This document shows positions 24,234 through 34,621 of a DNA stretch of 64,000 bases, in pieces. The DNA lies in assembly GCA_937625935.1 (NCBI GenBank), contig OW569347.1, positions 434,001-498,000 on the forward strand. The letters run 5' to 3'. The translations under genes were made by a program, and so were the position numbers. The stretch is from Tetramitus jugosus (taxonomy: Eukaryota > Protista > Heterolobosea). Positions within the stretch are counted from its first letter, which is position 1, and every line of letters starts with the position of its first letter. The notes under the pieces were generated by a model. That model searched no databases. It saw only the letters and a list, made by a program, of their open reading frames with translations, and had not been told where the DNA came from.

Positions 24234-25037
24234 TTAACCCCTTCTCATTCTGGGTCTCATTCCTCCACTGGGAACAAAACTCTTTGTCTCACCAAATCTT
24301 GTTCTCTTCATGAATTTAGTAAAGGGATTTTTCTGTGGTTGAACCATTGTGTAGAGTCTGTCCTCGAATTGAGGTTTAACCATTCTTCTACCTCTCTTTC
24401 TTCTTGGTTCCAAAAAGACTCCACCCACTCGGAAGTGCTTTGGATTAACGTACCAACCTTTGCGGTGATGGTGTCTTCTCTTTGGCTTTCTTCTCTTGTC
24501 CAGTTCGAAAGCAATCTTCTTGGACAACAGATCAAGATTATCTTCCTCCAAGTAATTAACCTTTTCTGCGCTAGCTGTGTCCATGTTGAAATTGAATTGG
24601 ATGCAAGTGAAGGTTCTACCCTTGCTATCAACCAATCGAGCTGTACCAGTGTAAGGACCACCTGGAGGAGCAAATGCAGGAACATCTTGAACAATAGTTT
24701 GATCCAACTTTCCAGCCTTGATAGGACAGGAAAGAAATCCTGGGGCACAAACCTTTTGTTGACCCTTAAAGAGTTGAACGCCACTGTATGCGACATCAAG
24801 ATCAACAAAAGCATCTCCTTCGATAGTTTCCTTGAGGTCACCCTTGACATGAACCTTGAATTGTGCTCCGATCTTGGGAGCTTTAGGTTCAAATGTCACG
24901 GAGTCCACTTGAATCAACCATGAAGGGTCTTGCTTCTCACCAGAACAAAAAGACCAAATCTTTTCTTGGGCTTGAACATCTCTTGTCGCAAAGAGTAAGA
25001 GAGTAGCCAGCAATGCTGTGAATACTAAAATTCTCAT
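24234..25037 (-). CDS. ML-domain (NPC2/MD-2-related) lipid-binding protein with a basic C-terminal extension
   Basis: Signal peptide, WSFC, C....SCPIKAG, VPAFAPPGGPY and TCIQF. Confidence 0.78.
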   Translation of the reverse strand: MRILVFTALLATLLLFATRDVQAQEKIWSFCSGEKQDPSWLIQVDSVTFEPKAPKIGAQFKVHVKGDLKETIEGDAFVDLDVAYSGVQLFKGQQKVCAPGFLSCPIKAGKLDQTIVQDVPAFAPPGGPYTGTARLVDSKGRTFTCIQFNFNMDTASAEKVNYLEEDNLDLLSKKIAFELDKRRKPKRRHHHRKGWYVNPKHFRVGGVFLEPRRKRGRRMVKPQFEDRLYTMVQPQKNPFTKFMKRTRFGETKSFVPSGGMRPRMRRG

Positions 25038-25524
25038 GTTATTGATTGTATTTACAAAGTTGGAGTGTGTTTTTCTTTTTCGTTTGCTTTCTGCACAGAC
25101 TTTTATGCATCCTTAAGTATTTGATGGGTTCATGCTCGGATCACATTTTTGTTCCAGCGGTTGGTATTTTTATCGGCAGACGAATGGGTAATTTGATAGG
25201 TCTTTACTTTTTGGAAGATAACTCCCTTTGAATGATTGTAATCTCCAACCTGTCGTATCATGTTCCGGGATCCAGGGATATGAACAATAACTACTATCGA
25301 TTTCCTCGGCTTATGGTGCTCACGATGATCAGATCGAAACCAACAAATGCGATCAGTTGTTGGCGGCGTTGTCAAAGAGTCAAAGGCACACTTAATGCAA
25401 CAAGATACACAACAAATCGGACAAGCTTGTACATTTTTCTCTTGTGGTCAAGAAACGATTAGTGTTGAACTATGTGAGGTTCATAAGCATCTTTGGTTGA
25501 TTGAAAAATAAATAAAATTGGTTT

Positions 25525-27087
25525 TTATATGGATTTCTTCATCGAGGTATTTACAATGCAAAGAAGAGCACCCTTGTTCAACATTTCCTTCGACATACGA
25601 ACATAGTTCTCAATAGGTGTTTGATCCTTGTTGTAGGTGTCAATTTCAGTCAGTCCATTTTTTTGGATATGTTCCTTGGCTTGTGCTGATAGATTGACCC
25701 ACCTGTTCAAGAACTTTGGGAATGTAGTTTGCTCCGTGCAACACATGCTCTTTAGTGCTTCAAAAGATGTTTCATCTTTAAAAGCAAAGGCTGTTGTTAA
25801 AATAGCTGGCGAATTCTTCTTTGATCTGTTGGGGTATCTGGACTTGACCAGATTGTGCTTTCTTAGCCACTTGCTGAGTAGTTTAAGTGCATCATTCATG
25901 TTGGCAGCAAACTGACTCAACTCTTGAGATTCGCACTCCTTTTCGTCGTGGTTCTCACACTCAACAAAAGTACTGTCAATTGTCACACAGAACTCATCGC
26001 CATGTGGCTCCAGATTGGCCATGTTAAGGGCAGATGCAGAGAGATTGGTGGTGGATGCATCCAAAATAACCAATACATTAAATGGTTGCAATCGAAGAGT
26101 ATGGGAATGCTCATGAACATTATCGTTCACTTCAAGCTTTCCACCATCTTCTACAATTCGAATCGCAATATGTCCAATGTTCGTGCTGTCATCTAATCCG
26201 CTGTGATGATTGCCTACAAAGGACATGTTCAAGTGACTCAACATGCCCAATAGACTGAATCCCTTGGTCTGATAAGTATCATAAAACGATTTTCTAATGT
26301 TGACCCAACGAGAGTAATAAATTGGCTTTGTTATATTCTTTCTTTCACACTCTCTGTGCAAGAAGCCATAAAAGTCATAGGGTCCATCTGTAATGAAGGT
26401 AAATGGCAACTTGTCCAATGCAGTTTTCACTTGTTCATAGTGCTTGAATTGATTGGGCATAAAGTCACTCATCTGATCTGCAGTGACCAATCCATGTTGG
26501 AAGAGCCAATGATGCACACGAGAGAATGCATCAGACAGTTCAATACCAGAATCGACATTATCCTGAGTAATCCCGGTCAATTGAGTACAGAATGTTGTGA
26601 GTTGAGTGTGCACCGTTGGCTTAATAAACAATCTCAATTGATCAACAATGACAATGGTTTGTTGTCTCTGGTCAACCTTGAGAAGCACCAATGGAAATTC
26701 AATAATCTCATTCTCAAAGTCTGGGCAATTCTCCTCGCATGTTGCTTCAAAGTCCACAACGACATAAAATCGGAATGGTTGTCTTCTGAAACGACACGCA
26801 TTCTTTTGAGTGCTTGTTTGCTCCATTTCGAGCGATTGTCTTCTGGATGTCAATCTTGGACCCAAAGTCGTAGTCGTAGTCGTAGTAGTAGTCGTAGTAG
26901 TCATAGTTGTGCCAGTGGTTGCACCTGGAGTGTAACGAATCATCTGACCATGATTACCATTGATTGATTTGCGTTGGTAAGAGGTGGGTGCTGCTGGAGA
27001 GGTTGATTCTTGCTTCCTCATCCTTGTTGTTGCTGTGGAGGACAAGAGTGATGCAGATGGGTGGAATGGTTGAGATGTGATCAACAT
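25525..27087 (-). CDS. ERI1-like DEDDh 3'-5' exoribonuclease
   Basis: VVDFEATC, EIIEFP, LTTFCTQLTGITQ, TDGPYD and HHSGLDDSTNI. Confidence 0.88.
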   Translation of the reverse strand: MLITSQPFHPSASLLSSTATTRMRKQESTSPAAPTSYQRKSINGNHGQMIRYTPGATTGTTMTTTTTTTTTTTTLGPRLTSRRQSLEMEQTSTQKNACRFRRQPFRFYVVVDFEATCEENCPDFENEIIEFPLVLLKVDQRQQTIVIVDQLRLFIKPTVHTQLTTFCTQLTGITQDNVDSGIELSDAFSRVHHWLFQHGLVTADQMSDFMPNQFKHYEQVKTALDKLPFTFITDGPYDFYGFLHRECERKNITKPIYYSRWVNIRKSFYDTYQTKGFSLLGMLSHLNMSFVGNHHSGLDDSTNIGHIAIRIVEDGGKLEVNDNVHEHSHTLRLQPFNVLVILDASTTNLSASALNMANLEPHGDEFCVTIDSTFVECENHDEKECESQELSQFAANMNDALKLLSKWLRKHNLVKSRYPNRSKKNSPAILTTAFAFKDETSFEALKSMCCTEQTTFPKFLNRWVNLSAQAKEHIQKNGLTEIDTYNKDQTPIENYVRMSKEMLNKGALLCIVNTSMKKSI

Positions 27088-28064
27088 TTGAATGAATATA
27101 GTAATAGAATGGGTGTTTTACGTTTATGTATAGGATGTATGCAGTGATACTAAGTATCTGAGAGGATGTTATGTTGTTATGTGTAGTAGGAAATAGAGAG
27201 TATAGTATACAGAAGGGACTTATCACTCAATTGTGCAATGAATGGAGAGGTAGAGAGATGCAGATAGGGATAGATAGATAATAAGTGCTGGAGAGCTATA
27301 GATAATAAATAAGAGATGGAGAGATCAATCTTTTGACAAAAGAAGATTTTGTTTTCGTTTGATTGGACGGGAAGTGTGTTTGGGTGATGATGATGTTACT
27401 TTTTTCAAATAAAAAACATCAAGTTCTAAAGGTCCAAACACGCACCTTAAAATGCATTGCGGCTAAGTAGCGAGCTTCTTTTTTGGATGACATCGAAATA
27501 CCATCCTGCATTTCTTGACCTAAAATAAACTGAGGTAGTTTCAGACCGCCACGTCAGAAATAGTCCCAACGGATACCCCGCTTGTGTGAACAAATTGGTT
27601 TCTAGGTATTTCGTTGAACAAAGTGGGGTCACCACACCAATCAATTTGCATTTTGACCGTGTGGACATTGATTGGAGTTGGTGGCGCTCTTGTTGAACCC
27701 ATTGCACGCTCAATTGCAATCGTCATCGCCAACAACAACAGAAAACAGAAACAAACTCATTCATCGAGTGCTCCACAACAGCAAGCTCAAAAATAACTGT
27801 GTCCAGCCAGAGGGTCCCCAGAATTTCCTTCTTCCGTGAAGACACCAAAAAACCTAGCACAAAATCTCTCTCTCACCACCTCTATTTCCAATCACTCGGA
27901 TTGTTTCCAAGCTTAGATCACCACTCAGGTAAGGCCATCACTTACCCACACGGCAACAACAATAAGATCTTTTATCTAACAGAAGAAGAACAAACATTAA
28001 AACAGCAAAATAGCTATTTACAAACACACCAAAAAGTAACGAACAACTTTTCGAGATTAACAAC

Positions 28065-29039
28065 ATGTCGACGTACAAGAAGAAACAACAACAACCAATT
28101 GCAGCTGTCGAACAACAGACGACAACACCAATTGCAGCTCAACAGCAGAAACAACAAGAAAAAGCTTTGAGCTCTTCAGGTCAATTCCTGTTTGGTGGCT
28201 TGTCAGGTATGGCTGCCATCTGTATGGTCTATCCATCTGATGTCGTCAAAACAAGACTTCAATTGAGCAGTATGGCACAATACAAGAATTCATTGGATGC
28301 CCTGCTCAATATCGCTCGATTGGAGGGATTTGGTGCACTGTATTCTGGATTGTCTGCTGGATTGTTCCGACAGGCCACATACACGACCGCAAAGCTAGGA
28401 GTGTTCAATGTGTTGATGAACAAGTGGACGCGAAGAGATGAGAATGGAAAGGTCATTCATCCATCATTTGCAGTCAAGACCATGGGTGGAATGGTGGCTG
28501 GAGCAATTGCAGCCATTGTGGGAACACCTGCTGAAGTGGCTCTCATTCGTATGCAATCTGATGGAAGATTGCCAGTGGAACAGAGAAGAAACTACAAGCA
28601 TGTATTTGATGCACTATTGCGTATTTATAGAGAAGAGGGATTGTTGACCATGTGGAAAGGCTGTAGCCCTACAGTAGGAAGAGCCGTTGCACTGAATGGA
28701 GCTCAATTGGCTGTTTATTCTCAGTCGAAACAGGTCATCTTGGAGAATTCAAGTATGGCAGATGGTGTGTTGGTTCATTTGATGGCTTCGTTGACTGCTG
28801 GATTCGCTGCTTCATTTGTCTCATTGCCACTGGATATGGCAAAGACGACGTTGCAAGCTGATGGACTTCACTACAAGAATACTGCAGATGTTTTGGTCAA
28901 AGTTGCACAAAAGGATGGTGTATTGAGGCTGTGGAGAGGTTTTACTCCATATTTCCTCAAAGTGGGACCTCACACTGTGTTCACTTTCCTCATCTTTGAA
29001 CAGTGCAGACAAATGTTCGGCAAGCACAACGACAACTAA
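28065..29039 (+). CDS. Mitochondrial carrier of the 2-oxoglutarate/malate (dicarboxylate) type
   Basis: Three Px[DE]xx[KR] repeats, RQATYTT, GTPAEVALIRMQSDGRLP and GPHTVFTF. Confidence 0.9.
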   Translation: MSTYKKKQQQPIAAVEQQTTTPIAAQQQKQQEKALSSSGQFLFGGLSGMAAICMVYPSDVVKTRLQLSSMAQYKNSLDALLNIARLEGFGALYSGLSAGLFRQATYTTAKLGVFNVLMNKWTRRDENGKVIHPSFAVKTMGGMVAGAIAAIVGTPAEVALIRMQSDGRLPVEQRRNYKHVFDALLRIYREEGLLTMWKGCSPTVGRAVALNGAQLAVYSQSKQVILENSSMADGVLVHLMASLTAGFAASFVSLPLDMAKTTLQADGLHYKNTADVLVKVAQKDGVLRLWRGFTPYFLKVGPHTVFTFLIFEQCRQMFGKHNDN

Positions 29040-29360
29040 TTATTATCATTAATTATCATGGGTCACTTTTTCATATACACTTGTCCAATGTACATACGAT
29101 TATCATCTTTCTTTCCGTTACTAATGTCCGTTTTTCAACCAACAAGCGACAAAAACTCCAACACCAAACTTCACCTCCTTGACACCAAGCAGGAAAATTC
29201 TATTTTTGCCCAATGCACATCCAACAGACACAGGAGAACATCGAGATTCTGAATCTCAAAAAAAGAACACCTCCAACCAATCAACACCATACCAAAAACC
29301 TCACACAAATCACACAAGAGCTCTCAACACAAACAATTTTGTAAAAAAAACATTTTCATC

Positions 29361-32300
29361 ATGAAAGGGTCGTCGTCACAACATCTCTTTCTATTATTGA
29401 CTGCTTTTGTGGCTCTTTTCTGTGCTCACTTGGTCATGGATCATGTTCATGCACATCAACCACTGCAATCACCTTCGCTGTCCTCCTCATACATGCCATC
29501 CTATGTTCACAAGATGCTCAAACAACAGTTTGGTGCAAGTGCTGATAGTTTCTTCATGAACAATCAAGCATCTGAGAAGAACAACAAGTACTGCACCAAT
29601 GATCGCATGTGTTTCAATAGTGGAACATGTGATGTTGACACTGGTGTGTGTCAATGCATTCCTGGCTTTAAGAATGATCTTGCACAAGGCGTCGTCAATT
29701 GCTCCCTGTTAGGTAAGAATTTGCATTTGTTGTTGTTGTTGTGTTTGTGATTATTTCTAACTGTAAGCTTTATTTAATAGATTGTGCACATAATGGAACG
29801 GGTCCAGACGCCAACCATCATTGTGGTTGTGCTCCAGGATGGGGTGGACTCAATTGTCTTCAATGTTTGTCTGATACTCCATGTCAAGTGCTGTACAATT
29901 CGACAAACACGACTGGTGTCTGTGATCGTACGTTGGTCACATTTTCTGAAAAGAATTTTGAGTGTAATATCACGAGTCCAATGATTCACGCATTGATTGG
30001 AAATGTCATGATGATGCAATGTGGTGGAATGAATGCTACTGAATCAAAGAATGGCACATGTACGATGCAAGTGTTTGATAATTATCCAAATGGAAAGTAT
30101 GATGAAACACTGTTTTGTAACTTTTACAATTGTGATATACAGGTGAGTGCTCAGAACACGATTGATTATCACTGCTCTGCATCCAGTTGCAACTGTTCTA
30201 CGTATGCTGCAAAGTGTCACAATCCAGTTGTTGAGTTTGTTGTGAAGAATATGAAGGGAAAGGCGTCTGTGCATTGTGTTGGTTCTAACTGCATCATTAC
30301 ACAAGCAGAGTTCCCAGGTGAGATTGGCTCCATTTGTCAAGGTGCAGAGTGTCTGGCCAATTATAGACCTCCTCCAATCCCACCTCCAGAGAGTCACTTG
30401 TTGGCCTATATCAGTGCTGGTGTCAGTGGTGGTATTATACTGTTTTGTATCTTGGTTATTGCGTCATCGGTCATTGTGTCATGCCTGCAAGATAAGGCTC
30501 TCAACAGAGAGTATCATTCTATGCGAGGTGAAACTCATGGAGCCAAGATTGAAGTCAAGAATTTGAACTATACGATGAATGTCATGGAAAAGGGAAAGAG
30601 AGTCAGAAGAAAGTTCTTGACCGATATCAATCATACAATTCTACCAGGGTCCGTCACAGCCATCATGGGCCCTTCAGGTGCCGGAAAGGTTTGTATTTGA
30701 ATACTCTTATCTTTTGTTGTCATTGTCCCCATTCACAAATATACATGTACTAACTCTCGCACTTCACACATCTATGCAATGACACAATGAACACAAAAGA
30801 CCACATTGCTCGATATTTTGGCAGCGAGAGCGAAAACAGGAAATGTTACTGGTCAGATTTTTGTCAATGGAAGATTGATTGATCGTTCATATCAGAGAAT
30901 CAGTGGATACGTGTTCCAGGATGACAATTTGATGAGCACAATGACTGTACGCGAATGTATCATGTTTTCTGCGAATTTGAGACTGCCTGACGCTATGGGA
31001 CAAGCAGAGAAGAATAAGAGAGTTGATCAGGTGTTGGTTGATCTTGGTATCGCACACTTGAGGGATAGAAAGATTGGTGATCACATGAACAGAGGTATCT
31101 CAGGTGGTGAGAAGAGAAGAGTTAGTATCGGTATGGAGTTGGTGACGAGTCCTCATATCTTGTATTTGGATGAACCAACCTCTGGTTTGGATAGTGCTAG
31201 TGCTTTCAGTGTGATGAAATCGATTGTCGACCTTGCAAAGCAAGGAAGAACTATCGTCTTCTCTATTCATCAACCTAGATCAAACATTTTTGCGCAGTTT
31301 GATGAGCTTATTTTGATGAGATCAGGTAGAATTGCATACGCAGGAAGAGCAGATAAGGCAGTTGACTCTTTCAAAAAATTGGGTTATGAATGTCCTGCAA
31401 ACTTCAATCCTGCAGACTATTTGATTGATGTGTTGACTCAATCTCAAGCCAACCAACTGTTTAATTATGAACCAGTTAATCAGCCTGATGTGAACAAGAC
31501 ACCTGTGAATGCCCCTCGATATGGTCCTGTGGATGATACCTTTGATAGTCAGTATCCAGAGGCAACATTGTACCAGAACGAAGAACTTCAACTTGGTAAT
31601 TCTGATGTCTTTGAAGGAGAAATTAGACCATACGCTACCTCTTTCTATTCTCAGCTCATGTCATTGTCCTCGAGAGCCTTCAAGAATTTCTACAGAAATT
31701 TCTACCTGATGCCTACTCATTTCCTCTCTGCCCTTATCATGGGTATTTTGCTCGGTTTGATCTACTATCAACTCGGTAACAACATTGCTGCATGTCAAAA
31801 CAGAATGGGTACCATTTTCTTCATGTGTTGCTTGTTGGCATTTGGTGCGATGAGTTCTTTGGAATTGTTTATCACAGAGAGAAGTATTTTCGTGAGAGAA
31901 AGAGCTAATGGCTACTATTACCCTTCTGCCTATTTCATCTCCAAGACGGTGTTCGATATTATTCCTCTCAGAATATTCCCACCACTTATCATGGGTGCCA
32001 TCTCCTACTGGTTGATTGGATTGCGACACACATCGGTGTCTCACTTCTTCTGGTTCCTGTTGATTATGGTGTTGTTTAACATTGTGTCTGGTGCGCTGTG
32101 TATTGCTATCGGTGCTATTGCACCATCTGTGGCCTCTGGTAACGTTACTGCAACACTGTTTATTTTGGCAAGTGCATTGTTTGGAGGATTTTTGTTGAAC
32201 AAGGGATCTATCCCTGTCTATCTCTCCTGGATCCAATACCTGTCTTATTGGAACTACGCATTCGAAGCGCTTTTGATCAATGAGCTCTACGGATTCAAGA

Positions 32301-32479
32301 TTATTATTGATCCAAAGGATATGCCACCAACACCTGGTGATGGTAACTTTTTCCTCAAGGAATTAGGCATGGATCACTCCAGATTCTACATTGATATCAT
32401 CATTCTATCCGTGTTTGCAGTTGTGTACATTATTGCATCAGGCATCCTGATGAAACTATTCGTCAAGGAAAAGAGATAA
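29361..32479 (+). CDS. ABCG half-transporter with N-terminal EGF/Cys-rich ectodomain (yeast ADP1-like); introns 29713-29780 and 30689-30799
   Basis: Signal peptide, EGF-like Cys repeats, a TM helix, spliced Walker A GPSGAGKTT, ISGGEKRR, LDEPTSGLD and an ABC2 membrane domain. Confidence 0.9.
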
Positions 32480-32546
32480 GCTTCTTGAAAACTTCACGTG
32501 TGAAATAATAAAAAAAACAATCATAAATTATACCAACAATAAAACC

Positions 32547-33365
32547 ATGTCGTCATCAACCAATAGCAAAAAGAATGCAACCAACACCAATAAGCCCTTT
32601 ACATTCTCTCCACCACCTCCATCATCACAACAACAACAACAACAACCATTTAGCTTCACTGCTCCCAAATCAAGCACAACAACATCATCGTCTACATTAC
32701 AACCTCCACCTCCACCCCCACCATTATTGGAACAAGTGAGACAATTGTTTCACAAGGACTTTTTGCGACTCGTCAACCAATGGAAGGACATTCATGAACA
32801 ATCTACAGAGACACTCACTGAATTTCTCTCATTTAAAAATTTGTTGCAACAAACAAGTGTTGTTGTTGTTGTTGGCAGTAGTAGTAGTAGTAGTAGTAGT
32901 AGTGAGCAGCAGTCATCATTGCAAGTGAAGCAATACCTGAGAAAGCTAGAGCAATTTCATACGATGCTCTCCCAGTGCATCACACGAGACTTGAAGCAAT
33001 TGTTGTTTGACATGAGAGCATTGGCACAAAAAATCAAGAGTTGTGTTCAGAGTCATGTACACTCTGCAAATCAAATGGAAACGGTGGCAATGGACAATGG
33101 TGACTATGGATTCTTGTGCAGTGCAATGGATTATGTGAGATTTGTGAGCATTTATGTGTCAATGCACGAGAATGATTATGATATGAAGTGTGCGATTGTT
33201 CAGTCGATTCACGAAGAAGAATCCAACTTTGTTCTCAACAGTTATCTCATCTCATGGAAGAAGCAACCGTTTAGGAATGTGGATGTGTTGAGAGGCATGG
33301 AAATGGAGTGGAACAGAGATGAGAAGATGAGAGCCAAATTGGGATTGCCAATCATGTCAAATTGA
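32547..33365 (+). CDS. Hypothetical helical protein, possibly CINP/C1orf109-like
   Basis: 272-aa ORF. The C-terminal YLISWKKQPF recalls the CINP tail; this is a weak resemblance. Confidence 0.5.
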   Translation: MSSSTNSKKNATNTNKPFTFSPPPPSSQQQQQQPFSFTAPKSSTTTSSSTLQPPPPPPPLLEQVRQLFHKDFLRLVNQWKDIHEQSTETLTEFLSFKNLLQQTSVVVVVGSSSSSSSSSEQQSSLQVKQYLRKLEQFHTMLSQCITRDLKQLLFDMRALAQKIKSCVQSHVHSANQMETVAMDNGDYGFLCSAMDYVRFVSIYVSMHENDYDMKCAIVQSIHEEESNFVLNSYLISWKKQPFRNVDVLRGMEMEWNRDEKMRAKLGLPIMSN

Positions 33366-33388
33366 GTTGTTGACGAACATGTTCAAGT

Positions 33389-34357
33389 TTATTCCAATGC
33401 CATGACATAGACATGAATGGCATGGTAGTGAACAAATGCGGCCACTACGGTGAACAAGTGCCAAATGGCATGACTGAACGGTATGGATCCATCGAGTCTA
33501 AAGAACACACATGCTCCAATCGTGTAAAACAATCCACCAAACATGATTTCCACGAGGCTCCACAATGGCAGTCGCGTCTCAAACGCACCTACTGCCATGA
33601 ACGAGAAGAATAGGATCATGTAGAGCACAGAGATCCAACCCATGAACAAGTAGACAACAAGTCCCTGTATGGACGGGAATACATTGGCCACACTCTTGAC
33701 GAGGCCAAATATCGCAATACCCCAGACCAATCCCAAGAAGATTTGAGACAGAGAAAGATGATAGACAGTAAAGTCCACGAGAGCTAACCAGGGAGTATAA
33801 CTACTGGCGATAAAGGTGTAGATCATGGTGTGATCCGCCTTTTGAAACACTCGATTCAATCGTCCTCGATAACCAAACAATAGACCTGTGCTGTGATAGA
33901 TGGCAGAGACAGAGAAGAGCATGATGCACGAACCACCAAACACAATGGCCGAAATCTTCTCTCTCTTCGTATTCACCACCGTGTTCAGCATGTTGTACAG
34001 TGTGTAGACAGCAATGAGAGCAGGTATGAGATGCGTGACAATGTTGGCACACTCTTCTGCATAGCTCGGCATGTAGTCGTCAGAGATAGAGAATGAAGAG
34101 CCGTCGGCCTTGGTGTTCATGACATGAATCGGTGCACAACAGGGACACGAGAAATAAACCTTCCGGAACACTGTGGTTGCTTGTTTGTCAATCTCGGAGA
34201 TTACTTCGGAACATAGTTCTTTGGGTAAGCTGGATTGCGAGGTAACATTGATCTGATCACTATCTCCTGCACATGTGGAGAGGGCACCAAGGTGTTTGTG
34301 GTCAGTCTTTTGCGCCTTCTGTGCATATTGGGATTTGTTCTTTGTTGAGTGAATCAT
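33389..34357 (-). CDS. PAQR/hemolysin-III family 7-TM protein (MMD-like)
   Basis: EECANIVTH, SAIYH, DHTMIY, SYTPW and HAIWHLF...H. Confidence 0.88.
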   Translation of the reverse strand: MIHSTKNKSQYAQKAQKTDHKHLGALSTCAGDSDQINVTSQSSLPKELCSEVISEIDKQATTVFRKVYFSCPCCAPIHVMNTKADGSSFSISDDYMPSYAEECANIVTHLIPALIAVYTLYNMLNTVVNTKREKISAIVFGGSCIMLFSVSAIYHSTGLLFGYRGRLNRVFQKADHTMIYTFIASSYTPWLALVDFTVYHLSLSQIFLGLVWGIAIFGLVKSVANVFPSIQGLVVYLFMGWISVLYMILFFSFMAVGAFETRLPLWSLVEIMFGGLFYTIGACVFFRLDGSIPFSHAIWHLFTVVAAFVHYHAIHVYVMALE

Positions 34358-34621
34358 TGTTGTCGTATTGTTATTGGGATCAATCGGAATTCTATGTTTT
34401 TGCTTAGGTCCATGCAGACTCTTTTTCAGCGAAACGAAGCCATAAATAAGAATCAGTGAACCGCTGCACAATGAGATAGCGGGGGTAAAATGTCGGGGGC
34501 CGAAAACGCCCCGGAATCTTGTAATGGAAGATTGATCGGTTCTATTCTTTCTTCCTCAAAAATAAACAACAAAATACAACCGACTCAGCCCTGATTCTGT
34601 CCAGAAAGATCATGCAAATAC

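Noticed and set aside
27447-27800. Possible ncRNA or small gene between the ERI1-like and carrier genes
   Set aside because: No recognisable motif or convincing structure; most likely a divergent promoter/UTR.
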